A stretch of 46,821 nt of DNA from contig DPYO01000052.1 in assembly GCA_003535775.1 (NCBI GenBank), positions 1 to 46,821 on the forward strand. Reading direction: 5' to 3'. Each line of letters starts with the position of its first letter. Within the stretch, counting starts at the first letter, position 1. The notes below the pieces were generated by a model that saw only the letters and a list, made by a program, of their open reading frames with translations, was not told the DNA's origin and did no database searches. The stretch is from Fidelibacterota bacterium. GTDB lineage: Bacteria > Fidelibacterota > Marinisomatia > Marinisomatales > UBA8229. The translations under genes and the position numbers were made by a program. This document shows positions 36,189-45,806 of this stretch, one piece after another.

Positions 36189-37253
36189 ATGTTCATGTTC
36201 AACGTTAAAACAAATGAAAAAGTTCACTGGATAGGCTTGACCCGTAATGAAATGAGGGAACATGTTGCAAAGCTGGGACAACCACATTTCCGAGCAGATC
36301 AAATTTACAACTGGATTTATTCCGGGAAAATTAAATCATTTCAATCCATGGCAAATATTCCCAAATCCTTCCGCACAGTTTTGGGCCAAACATCGGGGAT
36401 TCATCCCCTCTCTTTAGTTAAAATAACCGGTGAGGATTCCTCGCTTACCAGGAAATTTCTCTTCAGGCTGTCCACCGGTGAGATGATTGAATCCGTTTTA
36501 ATGCAGGAAGGAAACCGAATAACTGTATGCTTATCTTCCCAGGTGGGGTGTGCAATGGATTGCGATTTCTGTGCTACAGCGAAAATGGGATTCCAAAAAA
36601 ATCTCTCTGTTGGGGAAATTGTAGATCAATTTCTATTTTTGCAGCAAGAATCTGAAAAAAAAATTACCAATGTTGTATTTATGGGAATGGGAGAACCTTT
36701 CCTGAATTATGCCCGAGTGATAAAAGCTGCTGATCTGTTAAATCAATCAGATGGAATTGATTTAGGCGCACGCAGGATTACAATCTCGACTGTGGGGATT
36801 ATTCCAAGAATAAAGCAGTTTTCCAAAGAGGGTCATCGCTATAAGTTAGCTATCAGCTTGAATGGAACAACCCAGAATCAACGATTACAAACAATGCCTG
36901 CGGCAAAAAAATATCCCATTCATAAGCTGATAGATGCGGCAAAAAACTACTATGAAACAGCAAAACGGTTTCCCACTTTCGAATATGTACTGATGAACAA
37001 TCTTAATGATAGAACTACTGATGCTGAAAATCTCATTAAATTGATTGGAAATCTCCCTTGTAAAGTGAATCTAATTCCCTACAATGAAATTGGAGGAACT
37101 TATAAGCGTCCATCACATGACCGGTTAACACGTTTTATCAATGCACTGAAAAATGTACCGTTTACCGTGACTGTTCGTTGGAGCAATGGTACTGAAATTG
37201 ATGCTGGTTGCGGCCAATTAGCCGTGAATGCAGGAGGTAGTGTTCAATCATAA
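36189..37253 (+). CDS. rlmN: 23S rRNA (adenine2503-C2)-methyltransferase, radical SAM
   Basis: 'FRADQIYNWIY', the radical-SAM 'CAMDCDFCAT', 'GMGEPFLNY' and the C-terminal 'DAGCGQL'. Confidence 0.92.
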   Translation: MFMFNVKTNEKVHWIGLTRNEMREHVAKLGQPHFRADQIYNWIYSGKIKSFQSMANIPKSFRTVLGQTSGIHPLSLVKITGEDSSLTRKFLFRLSTGEMIESVLMQEGNRITVCLSSQVGCAMDCDFCATAKMGFQKNLSVGEIVDQFLFLQQESEKKITNVVFMGMGEPFLNYARVIKAADLLNQSDGIDLGARRITISTVGIIPRIKQFSKEGHRYKLAISLNGTTQNQRLQTMPAAKKYPIHKLIDAAKNYYETAKRFPTFEYVLMNNLNDRTTDAENLIKLIGNLPCKVNLIPYNEIGGTYKRPSHDRLTRFINALKNVPFTVTVRWSNGTEIDAGCGQLAVNAGGSVQS

Positions 37254-37270
37254 ACAAAAAACTCATATCA

Positions 37271-38050
37271 ATGGCTGGGTCTATCCGTTCGTATTCAGGA
37301 TTTCAAGGGAAGAAAGCAGTAATCTTAGGCTCAGGACTTGGTAGTTTACCAGATCAATTCGAAAACAAAACTATTATTCCTTACGAAAAAGTTCCTGGAT
37401 ATCCCAAACCCTCTGTGAAGGGACACTCTGGAGAATTTGTTGTTGGCACTCTGAATGGTGAAGAAATTCTGGCAGCAAAAGGAAGGTTCCATTATTACGA
37501 AGGGTTTGACTTCTCAGAAATTACATTGCCTATCCGTTTATTGCATGAGCTCGGTATTTCATTTGTTATAATCACAAATTCCGCTGGTTCATTACGTAAG
37601 GACTACCATCCTGGAACATTGATGGCTATGAATGGTCATCTTGACTGCACATTTATTGAGGGACCTGAATTACCAACAATAAATAAAAAACCACGTTTTT
37701 ATAATTCTGAAATATTAGCATTAGCAAAAAAATGCTCTCTTGAAACTGGTGTTCAAATAAAAGAGGGAGTTTATTGCTGGACATTAGGGCCAGCTTACGA
37801 AACGCCGGATGAAGTTAAGTTCATACAAAACCTCGGTGGAGATGCGGTAGGAATGAGCACGGTACCTGAAATAAAAATGGCAGGAGAACTTGGAATTAGT
37901 TCATTGGGAATTTCCTGTTTGACAAATTACGCTGCAGGAATTACAAAAAATTCTTTATCCCATGATGAAGTGATAGAGACCGCTGATAAAGTAAAAAATC
38001 AATTTTCAAAACTAGTCGCAAAAATTTTGATTGAAGAAGACACAAATTAA
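37271..38050 (+). CDS. purine nucleoside phosphorylase (trimeric PNP/MTAP family)
   Basis: 'GHSGEFVVG', 'GRFHYYEG', 'ITNSAGSL', 'GPAYETPDEV' and 'GMSTVPE'. Confidence 0.85.
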   Translation: MAGSIRSYSGFQGKKAVILGSGLGSLPDQFENKTIIPYEKVPGYPKPSVKGHSGEFVVGTLNGEEILAAKGRFHYYEGFDFSEITLPIRLLHELGISFVIITNSAGSLRKDYHPGTLMAMNGHLDCTFIEGPELPTINKKPRFYNSEILALAKKCSLETGVQIKEGVYCWTLGPAYETPDEVKFIQNLGGDAVGMSTVPEIKMAGELGISSLGISCLTNYAAGITKNSLSHDEVIETADKVKNQFSKLVAKILIEEDTN

Positions 38051-38151
38051 AATCTATTTGTGAAAAAAGAAAGATTGTATAATTCAAAAAAACTGGATGA
38101 TATTTACTCCCATATAAGAGGAGATTTAGAAAGGATTTAAGAAAATTTACT

Positions 38152-39351
38152 ATGACAAAAAAGCACCAGAAAAATGATTTAACAGTTAATGTAAGATCAG
38201 AAATCTTTGAGATTCAGGATACCATAATTGAAACCCGGAGAGATATTCATAAATATCCGGAATTAGGTTTTGAAGTACACCGTACAGCTGGAATTGTTTC
38301 AGACCGTTTGAATTCATTTGGAATTGACGTTCAAACCGGAATAGGGAAAACCGGGGTTGTCGGGACTCTTCAGGGAGAAAAAGACGGTGCCACCATTGCG
38401 TTGCGTGCAGATATGGATGCACTGCCAATCCAGGAAACAAGTGACATCCCATACAAGTCAGTTCACGATGGGGTTATGCATGCCTGTGGACACGATGGTC
38501 ATACAGCCATGCTTTTAGGGGCAGCAGAAATTATTTCAAAATTTCAGGATACCCTCAACGGTACTGTAAAATTCATTTTCCAGCCGGCTGAAGAAGGAGG
38601 AGGAGGCGCCCGTTTTATGATTGAAGATGGATGTTTGGATGGAGTTGATGAGATCTACGGAATTCATGTTTGGAGTTATCAAAAATACGGAACAATCGGT
38701 GTTAAAGAAGGCCCAACTTTAGCTGCAGCAGATGCATTTACAATAACAATTAAGGGGAAAGGTGGACATGGAGCAGCTCCTCAGGGAACAGTTGATGCCA
38801 TTGTAGTTGCTTCCCATCTTGTGACAGCCCTGCAAACCATCGTAAGCAGGAATACAAATCCTCTGGAAAGTACAGCGCTTACTGTGGGAAAAATTTCAGG
38901 AGGACACAACTTCAACGTTATCGCTGATACGGTTGAACTCAAAGGTACTGCCCGTGCCTATACTGAAGAAAATAGGCAAATGATCAAGAAACGATTAAAT
39001 GAAATAATTGAAGGAGTAGGAAGTACGTATGGTGCAAAAATTGAAATGGATTATTGGGATGGATATCCACCTACTGTAAATCATAAAGTACCGGTGGAAA
39101 GATTAGTTAGATCTGCAGAAAAAATTGTTGGAGAAGGAGTAGGATTCCCATATTTATCTATGGGTGGAGAAGATTTCAGCTATTACACGCAGAAAATTCC
39201 CGGCTGTTTTTTCTTTGTAGGATCAACCCCTCCGGACCAAAAACCAATGAGCGTGCCTCACCATTGTTCACATTTTAATATTGATGAACGGGCGCTTCTT
39301 GTTGGTTCAAGCATTTATGTACAATTAATTGAGGATTTATTAATAAAATAA
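38152..39351 (+). CDS. M20 family amidohydrolase (N-acyl-amino acid / hippurate hydrolase-like)
   Basis: 'LRADMDALPI', 'HACGHDGH', 'FQPAEEGGGGA' and 'GGEDFSYY'. Confidence 0.85.
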   Translation: MTKKHQKNDLTVNVRSEIFEIQDTIIETRRDIHKYPELGFEVHRTAGIVSDRLNSFGIDVQTGIGKTGVVGTLQGEKDGATIALRADMDALPIQETSDIPYKSVHDGVMHACGHDGHTAMLLGAAEIISKFQDTLNGTVKFIFQPAEEGGGGARFMIEDGCLDGVDEIYGIHVWSYQKYGTIGVKEGPTLAAADAFTITIKGKGGHGAAPQGTVDAIVVASHLVTALQTIVSRNTNPLESTALTVGKISGGHNFNVIADTVELKGTARAYTEENRQMIKKRLNEIIEGVGSTYGAKIEMDYWDGYPPTVNHKVPVERLVRSAEKIVGEGVGFPYLSMGGEDFSYYTQKIPGCFFFVGSTPPDQKPMSVPHHCSHFNIDERALLVGSSIYVQLIEDLLIK

Positions 39352-39353
39352 AT

Positions 39354-41054
39354 TTAATATCCTTCCGTTGCGTTTTCACCGCGGGGATCAGCGCCACCGT
39401 AAAACCCCTTCTCCCCTATCATTATTCCATTGGCCTGCCCAATAGTGCCCCAGCGATAAGACCGGATGATGTGACCACGATTAATTAGATTCTGTTCTAC
39501 ATCTTTGGACAAGCTTCTTTGCTCCACAATAATTGCATCAGGTAACCACTGTGAATGGACTCGTGGGACAGAAACCGCTTCCTGAATATCCATCCCGTGA
39601 ATTGCAACATTTAGAATAATTTGCATGACTGTAGTGATGATGGTAGACCCACCGGGAGTACCAATGATCAAAAAAGGCTCACCGTTCTTTAGAACAATTG
39701 TTGGAGTCATGGAGCTCAATGGCCGTTTGTAAGGCTGAATAGCATTGGCTTCATTTCCAATGAGCCCGAAGATATTCGGTGACCCGGGTTTTGCTGAAAA
39801 ATCATCCATTTCATTGTTCAAAAAGAATCCAGCACCCTCTACTAATACACCACAGCCAAAGCCAGTATTCAATGTGGTGGTGACACTCACTGCATTCCCA
39901 TTCTTGTCAATAACGGAATAATGGGTTGTCTCTCGGCTTTCATAAGCTAAAGGATCGCCTGCTTTTACAACCGAACTTTTTGTCGCTTTTTCCATGGAAA
40001 TATTCTGAATTCTCTCGAAAGCATATTCTTTTGAAACCAGCATTGATACCGGCACTTCCCAGAAATCCGGGTCACCCATGTGTTCAGCACGATCCGCATA
40101 GGCCCTGCGTTCAATTTCCGTGAGAAGGTGAATATAATCGGATGAATTCCAGCCTAAAGTATCCAAAGGATATTGTTCTAACATGTTGAGCATTTGGATC
40201 AGGAGAACTCCTCCAGAACTTGGAGGTCCCATAGAAATAAAGTCTAAACCCTTGAAATCTCCGGTAACAACAGTGCGATAAACTGAATGATAATTATCCA
40301 AATCTTCTTTTGTAATGAAACCATTGCCTTCGGCCATTTCTCTTTCAATCAATTGAGCAGTTTTCCCTTCATAAAACCCGGCGCGCCCTTTTCTGGAAAT
40401 CAGCTTCAAAGTCCTGGCTAAATCTCTCTGGACTAACTTATCTCCTGCTCTCCATGGTTCACCGTTCTTTTTAATAAAAACGGCTTTTGCTCCGTCGTCA
40501 TTTATAAAAAAGTCGTGGAAAATATTCAAAACTTGGGCAAACCCATATGAGATGGGAAAACCCCGCTCTGCCAATTGAATGGCAGGAAGCAGCAATTGAC
40601 GCAGGGAAATATTCCCCGAACCGTGATCTCTCCAGATTTTTAATAATCCATCTACTGATCCCGGTGTACCTGCTGCCAGGTGAGAATAAAGAGAAAGGCC
40701 GTGAACCACATTGCTGGAATCATCCAGATACATATCGCGGTGTGCCATACTTGGTGCCATCTCACGAAAATCCAGGCTAAATGATTCTCCGTAGGCCGTG
40801 TGAGCTACTAAAAAACCTCCTCCGCCAATATTTCCGGCCTGGGGATGTGTTACCGCCAACGTAAATCCAGTGGCCACCGCTGCATCTATTGCATTACCGC
40901 CTTTTTTTAATATGTTAACTCCAGCATCTGAGGCCAATCTGCTGGCAGATACCACCATACCATTTTTTGCATATTCCGGTTCTGCATGGGAATATTGAAT
41001 GAGACACAGAAAAATGATTGTCCAAAATATTTTTTTACATTCTATCTTCTTCAT
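39354..41054 (-). CDS. ggt: gamma-glutamyltransferase
   Basis: Signal peptide, then 'GGNAIDAAVA', the autoprocessing site 'ETTHYSVIDKNGNAVSVTTTLN', 'PGGSTII' and 'GGADPRG'. Confidence 0.92.
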   Translation of the reverse strand: MKKIECKKIFWTIIFLCLIQYSHAEPEYAKNGMVVSASRLASDAGVNILKKGGNAIDAAVATGFTLAVTHPQAGNIGGGGFLVAHTAYGESFSLDFREMAPSMAHRDMYLDDSSNVVHGLSLYSHLAAGTPGSVDGLLKIWRDHGSGNISLRQLLLPAIQLAERGFPISYGFAQVLNIFHDFFINDDGAKAVFIKKNGEPWRAGDKLVQRDLARTLKLISRKGRAGFYEGKTAQLIEREMAEGNGFITKEDLDNYHSVYRTVVTGDFKGLDFISMGPPSSGGVLLIQMLNMLEQYPLDTLGWNSSDYIHLLTEIERRAYADRAEHMGDPDFWEVPVSMLVSKEYAFERIQNISMEKATKSSVVKAGDPLAYESRETTHYSVIDKNGNAVSVTTTLNTGFGCGVLVEGAGFFLNNEMDDFSAKPGSPNIFGLIGNEANAIQPYKRPLSSMTPTIVLKNGEPFLIIGTPGGSTIITTVMQIILNVAIHGMDIQEAVSVPRVHSQWLPDAIIVEQRSLSKDVEQNLINRGHIIRSYRWGTIGQANGIMIGEKGFYGGADPRGENATEGY

Positions 41055-41105
41055 TTCAGTACTGATTTATAAGGATAAACTCAATGGATATAATCCAAAG
41101 ACAAA

Positions 41106-41129
41106 GCAAACTAAATCCGCATAGTTTGC
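41106..41129 (-). terminator. candidate intrinsic terminator hairpin
   Basis: Perfect 8-bp stem GCAAACTA / TAGTTTGC with an 8-nt loop. On the minus strand it is followed by UUUGUCUUUGG. It lies downstream of the HMA-lipoprotein gene and upstream of ggt. Confidence 0.35.
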
Positions 41130-41257
41130 AACATATTTTATTATTATCACTCTTTTTATCTTTTATATTAACCCTTGTTTTATTTTTAACAGAAAGGAAT
41201 TAAATAAAAATTGGACAATGGCTCACTTCAGATACGGATGGCAATAAATAGTCTGGT

Positions 41258-41599
41258 CTATAGCATACCGCCGATTTTACAGCAATCAGGAAGATTTTCG
41301 TAAACTATAGGATCCGCCTCTGTATTATTGGCTTGATAACCAAGAGCAGAAACCACTTTTTCTATGGCAGCTAACTCAATAATCGATGCCTTGTAAGTTA
41401 CATGGCCAACTTTTGTATTTAAATCAACGTCAAACTTGCTGATACCGTCAACTTTGGCCATTCCTGATTCAATAGTTTTTTTACACATACCACATTGAAC
41501 GGTACTCAGTGTCACGTCAGCGTGTTTTTCTCCTTCACTGCTACAGGCCATAATTCCAAATAATAGTCCCCATAAAGCGAATATGTTTACTTTCTTCAT
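41258..41599 (-). CDS. heavy-metal-associated (HMA) domain lipoprotein
   Basis: The start is set at MKKVNIFALWGLLFGIMAC (lipobox). The HMA fold has a 'VQCGMCKKTIE' CxxC site and 'VGHVTY'. The tail is an unusual 'PDCCKIGG'. The longer track ORF (to 41734) overlaps the transporter gene. Confidence 0.7.
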   Translation of the reverse strand: MKKVNIFALWGLLFGIMACSSEGEKHADVTLSTVQCGMCKKTIESGMAKVDGISKFDVDLNTKVGHVTYKASIIELAAIEKVVSALGYQANNTEADPIVYENLPDCCKIGGML

Positions 41600-41696
41600 T
41601 TTACACTCCTTGTTAAATAGAAATATTCGAAGAATTTTATTTAACCAGTTTTTCTGTTGCTCAATGACAACTACCGTACCATCCCTGACATATTTT

Positions 41697-42926
41697 TTAA
41701 TTTGGGTATAAAGTTTCACCTTCACTTTTAGCAATTATCGCAGCTCCAATGCTGTCGCTGGTTACATTGACCATAGTTCTAAACATATCCAAAGGGCGGT
41801 CCACTGCCAGCATGGTTCCCACAATAATAGCAACATCAGGATGATCTCCAAGGCCAACGGAATCTAATACCACAAAGATCATTACCAATCCTGCGGATGG
41901 AATGGCTGCTGCACCTACAGATGCTAAAAAGGCTGTCAATACAATGACAAATTGTTGTGCAATGTTCAAGTCGAAACCGATTGCCTGGGAAATAAATAAC
42001 ACTCCAGCGCACTCGTATAAGGCGGTGCCATCCATATTGATGGTTGCACCCAAAGGCAGAACAAAACTGGTTGTTTTATTCGAAACTCCCACTTCATTTT
42101 CAACACAATCCATTGTAACAGGAAGAGTCGCTCCAGATGAACTGGTAGAGAATGCCGTCATGAATGCCGGGGCCATGGCTTTAAAATGCTTGATTGGACT
42201 GATCCGCGTAAAAAGATAGAAAATGACCGGCAGTGTAATCATCCAGTGGATCAGCAAGCCTGTTACAATTGTGATCATATACATCCCCACAGCTTTGAAT
42301 AATTCAAAACCGGAAGTGGCCACTGCTTTGGTAATTAAACCAAAAACACCAATGGGTAATAAAGCAATAATGCCATGGGTGAGTTTCATCATGGCTTGAA
42401 AGCCATAATCGAAAAAATGTGTCAGCATTTCCTGGGGTCTTCCAGATAACCGGGTGATTGCGAAGCCAAAAACGATGGACCAAAAAATTACACCTAACAT
42501 GTCGCCGTCAGCCATGGCTGCAATCGGATTCAATGGAATCATTCGAATGATAATTTCTCCAAGAGATGATGGCTTTTGCAAAGAACTTGGATCAAAAGAC
42601 TGGCTTGAACTTGCATATTCGAGACCAACCCCTGGTTGAATGATATTGGTCAAAATTAATCCAACAAGGATTGCAAAAATGGACGTCGCAAAATAGTATA
42701 CAAATGTTTTGGAGCCTATTCTACCTAATGTACGGCTGTCACCCAAGCTGGCAACACCACTGGTGATAGAAAACAGAATTAATGGAACAATGATCATTTT
42801 TAATAAACGCATGAATATTGTTCCCAGCGGTGCAACAAATAACGAATTTTCACCGAATACAAGTGCAAATATGGTTCCCAGGGCCATAGCGATGAGAACT
42901 TGCCAGTGAAGTTTCAGTTTAAACAT
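41697..42926 (-). CDS. dicarboxylate/amino acid:cation symporter (DAACS family)
   Basis: 409 aa, polytopic, with the family signatures 'AFSTSSSGATLP' and 'GATINMDGTALYE'. Confidence 0.88.
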   Translation of the reverse strand: MFKLKLHWQVLIAMALGTIFALVFGENSLFVAPLGTIFMRLLKMIIVPLILFSITSGVASLGDSRTLGRIGSKTFVYYFATSIFAILVGLILTNIIQPGVGLEYASSSQSFDPSSLQKPSSLGEIIIRMIPLNPIAAMADGDMLGVIFWSIVFGFAITRLSGRPQEMLTHFFDYGFQAMMKLTHGIIALLPIGVFGLITKAVATSGFELFKAVGMYMITIVTGLLIHWMITLPVIFYLFTRISPIKHFKAMAPAFMTAFSTSSSGATLPVTMDCVENEVGVSNKTTSFVLPLGATINMDGTALYECAGVLFISQAIGFDLNIAQQFVIVLTAFLASVGAAAIPSAGLVMIFVVLDSVGLGDHPDVAIIVGTMLAVDRPLDMFRTMVNVTSDSIGAAIIAKSEGETLYPN

Positions 42927-43120
42927 AAATACCCTTTAGTTAGAACCATACACGAGTTAAAGGTACTGCAAATTGTGGAAATAAAAAAAGCCCGAAAGAA
43001 ATCAGTTCACACAGGAATCAAGCATCTGATATCACTTCCTGATTACAAAAACAGTCAATGACTTAGGGGCTGCTGATGCCAATAACAAGGTATTACTAAT
43101 ATACATATAAGAACGGAAAA

Positions 43121-43234
43121 TTTTGGTGTCTATGGCGATTGGGCAGGCCTCTTACCATTCCGAATAGAGAAGTTAAGCCAACTTGCACAGATGGTACTGC
43201 CCTTTTGAGAGTGGGAGAGCATGTGGATGCCACT
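43121..43234 (+). rRNA. rrf: 5S ribosomal RNA (unlinked to 23S)
   Basis: UGGUGUC...GAUGCCA forms helix I. The conserved blocks CCAUUCCGAAUAGAGAAGUUAAGCC, GCACAGAUGGUACUGC and GAGAGCAUGUGG align with E. coli 5S (CCGAACUCAGAAGUGAAAC, GCGCCGAUGGUAGUG, GAGAGUAGG). A T5 run follows. Confidence 0.85.
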
Positions 43235-43248
43235 TTTTATACCTAGAT

Positions 43249-44178
43249 TTAAAATGTTATGTTGTCGAGATTGACATTTCCACCAGAGAGTATAACCCCA
43301 ATATTTTTGGAGTTCAGATCCGAACTTTTATTAATGAGTGCAGCGAAGGCAACTGCTGAGGATGGTTCAATGACAATCTTTAAGCGAGACCAGATCAATT
43401 TAAGCGCAGATAAAATTTGATCCTCGGTTACCAAAACAATCTCTTCAATCCCATTTCGAATAATTGGAAAGTTAATATCACCTAATTGGGTTTTTAACCC
43501 ATCTGCTATGGTATCTGCAGTTTTATTGGTCTCAATTCTGCCAGATTTTAAAGATCTAAAAGCATCATCTGCATTTTCTGGTTCACCACCGTATATTTTA
43601 CAATTAGGTAATCTTTGCTGTACAGCTAAAATTGTTCCAGCAACTAATCCACCACCGCCAACTGGTGTGAAAATGGCGTCTAGGTTTGAATATTTTTCTA
43701 ACAACTCAAAAGCCGCTGTCCCCTGCCCCTTAATAACATCTAAATTATTAGAGGGATGAATGAAAGTGGCACCATTTTCTATCGATATTCGTTCAGCATT
43801 AGTTTCTCTATCTTTCAAAGTTGGTAGACAAATAGTAACCTCTCCTCCATATCCCTTGACAGCATCAATCTTTACTTTTGGAGCAGATGATGGCATCACA
43901 ATATATGCTGTTACACCTAAATTATTTGCAGCAAGAGAAAGAGCCTGAGCAAAATTTCCTGAAGAGTGAGTTACAACACCCTTGTCTTTTTGTTCTTCTG
44001 ATAAGTTAAGAATGGCATTCGTTGCTCCTCTCATTTTAAATGCGCCTATTTTCTGAAAATTTTCACATTTAAAAAACATATTGCAACCGACAATCTCATT
44101 TAAAAGAGTAGAAGTCAAAATCGGAGTTTCATGAATGTATGGCTTGATTTTTTTTGCTACATTTTTGATTGTTTTCAT
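43249..44178 (-). CDS. PLP-dependent serine/threonine dehydratase family enzyme (threonine ammonia-lyase / serine racemase-like)
   Basis: 'FKCENFQKIGAFKMRGA' carries the PLP Lys. It also has 'THSSGNFAQALSLAA' and 'TPVGGGGLVAG'. Confidence 0.8.
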   Translation of the reverse strand: MKTIKNVAKKIKPYIHETPILTSTLLNEIVGCNMFFKCENFQKIGAFKMRGATNAILNLSEEQKDKGVVTHSSGNFAQALSLAANNLGVTAYIVMPSSAPKVKIDAVKGYGGEVTICLPTLKDRETNAERISIENGATFIHPSNNLDVIKGQGTAAFELLEKYSNLDAIFTPVGGGGLVAGTILAVQQRLPNCKIYGGEPENADDAFRSLKSGRIETNKTADTIADGLKTQLGDINFPIIRNGIEEIVLVTEDQILSALKLIWSRLKIVIEPSSAVAFAALINKSSDLNSKNIGVILSGGNVNLDNITF

Positions 44179-44300
44179 AATAGTCTAGAATTTGAAATAT
44201 GAAAATACAAAAAACAGGCCTGACAAATGATAATACATTTTAGATGTTTAAATTAATAATTACCAACCATTGAAATTCTAGAAACTCTTATAATATAGAG

Positions 44301-44513
44301 ATGGGTACAAACGAAACCCCTGAACTTAAAGAAGTTGTCGACGTCATTGTGTTTTGTGGGCAAAGTGGACAGATAAAAGGATCCGGTGTCTGTTGTGTAA
44401 AAGACGCTAAAATGTGTGGGTGTGGCGCACATTCTGGTTCACCAGCCTGCTGCGTGATTCTTGTTGAGGCTCCAGATGACTCAGAGACAACCGACGAAGT
44501 AACCCCCAGATGA
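44301..44513 (+). CDS. candidate 70-aa Cys-rich small protein (strand uncertain)
   Basis: The ORF has 7 Cys (C19, CC31-32, C39, C41, CC50-51) and an acidic tail. By manual count, G is much more frequent at first codon positions on + than on -, which is RNY-like coding bias. The antisense 78-aa ORF shares third positions, which is typical of a shadow ORF. No recognised family. Confidence 0.4.
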   Translation: MGTNETPELKEVVDVIVFCGQSGQIKGSGVCCVKDAKMCGCGAHSGSPACCVILVEAPDDSETTDEVTPR

Positions 44514-44531
44514 TAAATAGACATTTTTTAA

Positions 44532-45806
44532 TTAATACGCCTGTAACCATTTAATAATCCGTTCAATGGCTTCAATAAGGTTAGCACAGACCGGGATGAT
44601 ATCATCGATTGTCATTGTTTTATCAGTGGGAATTTTCCTGCTGATTTTCAGTGCTTTTCTTCCATCAAAATTGATATAGGCTAAACGAGCATTCAGTTCA
44701 GTTGCATCACGTCCAAATTCTGAACCGGATAAAAGAGCTACACCAGTATCCTGTAATAATTGTTCACAAAGTGTAGGTGAATTCGTTATACCCCTTTCAG
44801 TTAATTTTTCTCTGAAGTTTTCGAAATCTGGGAATAAATAAAATGCCCCGGATGGAGCACGAACTCGAACCCCGGCTTTAGCTAAACTATTCGCACAGTA
44901 AGACCCCACTATTGATAGTAGACGACGGGAGTGAATTAAATATTCGTCAACAGTTTTATAATCAGTATAAGCCTGAACGGCTGCATATTGAATGGGAGTG
45001 CTCACACAGGAAAATGTTTCGCTTGAAATAGAAGCTACGACGTTTTTCAGTCCATACAGTTCTCTGGGAAACGCAAAATGTCCCAAACGCCATCCACCAG
45101 CTCCGCACCATTTGGATAACCCCGAACTGACGATAGTCCCTTCAGGATAATACCTGGCAATTGATATATGATCTCCTTGGTGATGCATTCGACCATAAAT
45201 TTCGTCAGATAGAACTAGAACATCATTTTTCCTACACACAGCAGCTAGAGCAGACAATTCTTCTGGAGTGTATGTTCCGCCATCAGGGTTACCTGGATAA
45301 TTTAGAATTAACATGTGAGGACTTTCAATAGAATGGATTGCAGATTCAAGCTGATCAGGAAGAAGTCTCCAGTTGTTTTCATATTGAGTTTGAATATAAT
45401 GAATTTCTCGATGGACGATTTGTCCTTGTGGCCCATAGGACACCCAGCAGGGGGAAGGTATTAATGTTGACCCTTCCATTGCCAATTGTAAGGTGAACAC
45501 CAATTCCTTCGAGCCTGGGCCAATCATGATGCCTTCTGGTTCAAAATCTGTTTTGTCTATTTTTTGATGAAATTCAGCTACAGCCTGGCGTAGAGCATAC
45601 AATCCTTCTACGGGTAAATAATCTTTTCGATAGGCATTTCCCTCCAAGCTAGAAACGATGGAATCCGGAACAGGAAAGGGTGATTGACCTAAACCAAAAC
45701 GAAATATTGTTTTCCCGGAAGTTTCCAATTCTCCACAGTATTTATTGATCGCCAGTGTAGCAGACTGTTTCAGGTTTTGTAAGTGAGGATGGATTTTGTG
45801 GGGCAT
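44532..45806 (-). CDS. class I/II PLP-dependent aminotransferase
   Basis: 'LILNYPGNPDG', 'VLSDEIYG' and 'SGLSKWCGAGGWRLG' (PLP-Lys motif). Confidence 0.85.
   Translation of the reverse strand: MPHKIHPHLQNLKQSATLAINKYCGELETSGKTIFRFGLGQSPFPVPDSIVSSLEGNAYRKDYLPVEGLYALRQAVAEFHQKIDKTDFEPEGIMIGPGSKELVFTLQLAMEGSTLIPSPCWVSYGPQGQIVHREIHYIQTQYENNWRLLPDQLESAIHSIESPHMLILNYPGNPDGGTYTPEELSALAAVCRKNDVLVLSDEIYGRMHHQGDHISIARYYPEGTIVSSGLSKWCGAGGWRLGHFAFPRELYGLKNVVASISSETFSCVSTPIQYAAVQAYTDYKTVDEYLIHSRRLLSIVGSYCANSLAKAGVRVRAPSGAFYLFPDFENFREKLTERGITNSPTLCEQLLQDTGVALLSGSEFGRDATELNARLAYINFDGRKALKISRKIPTDKTMTIDDIIPVCANLIEAIERIIKWLQAY

Noticed and set aside
41600-41734. Upstream 45 codons of the HMA-protein ORF
   Set aside because: They overlap the transporter 3' end. 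The internal ATG at 41599 gives a textbook lipoprotein signal peptide.
44288-44524. 78-aa Ser/Thr-rich minus-strand ORF as a thr-type leader peptide for the downstream dehydratase
   Set aside because: It is far longer than known attenuation leaders. No terminator or antiterminator hairpins follow it: CAGGCCTG is a loopless palindrome. It also shares third codon positions with the more coding-like + strand ORF, so it is probably a shadow ORF. It is kept only as an alternative in the finding.
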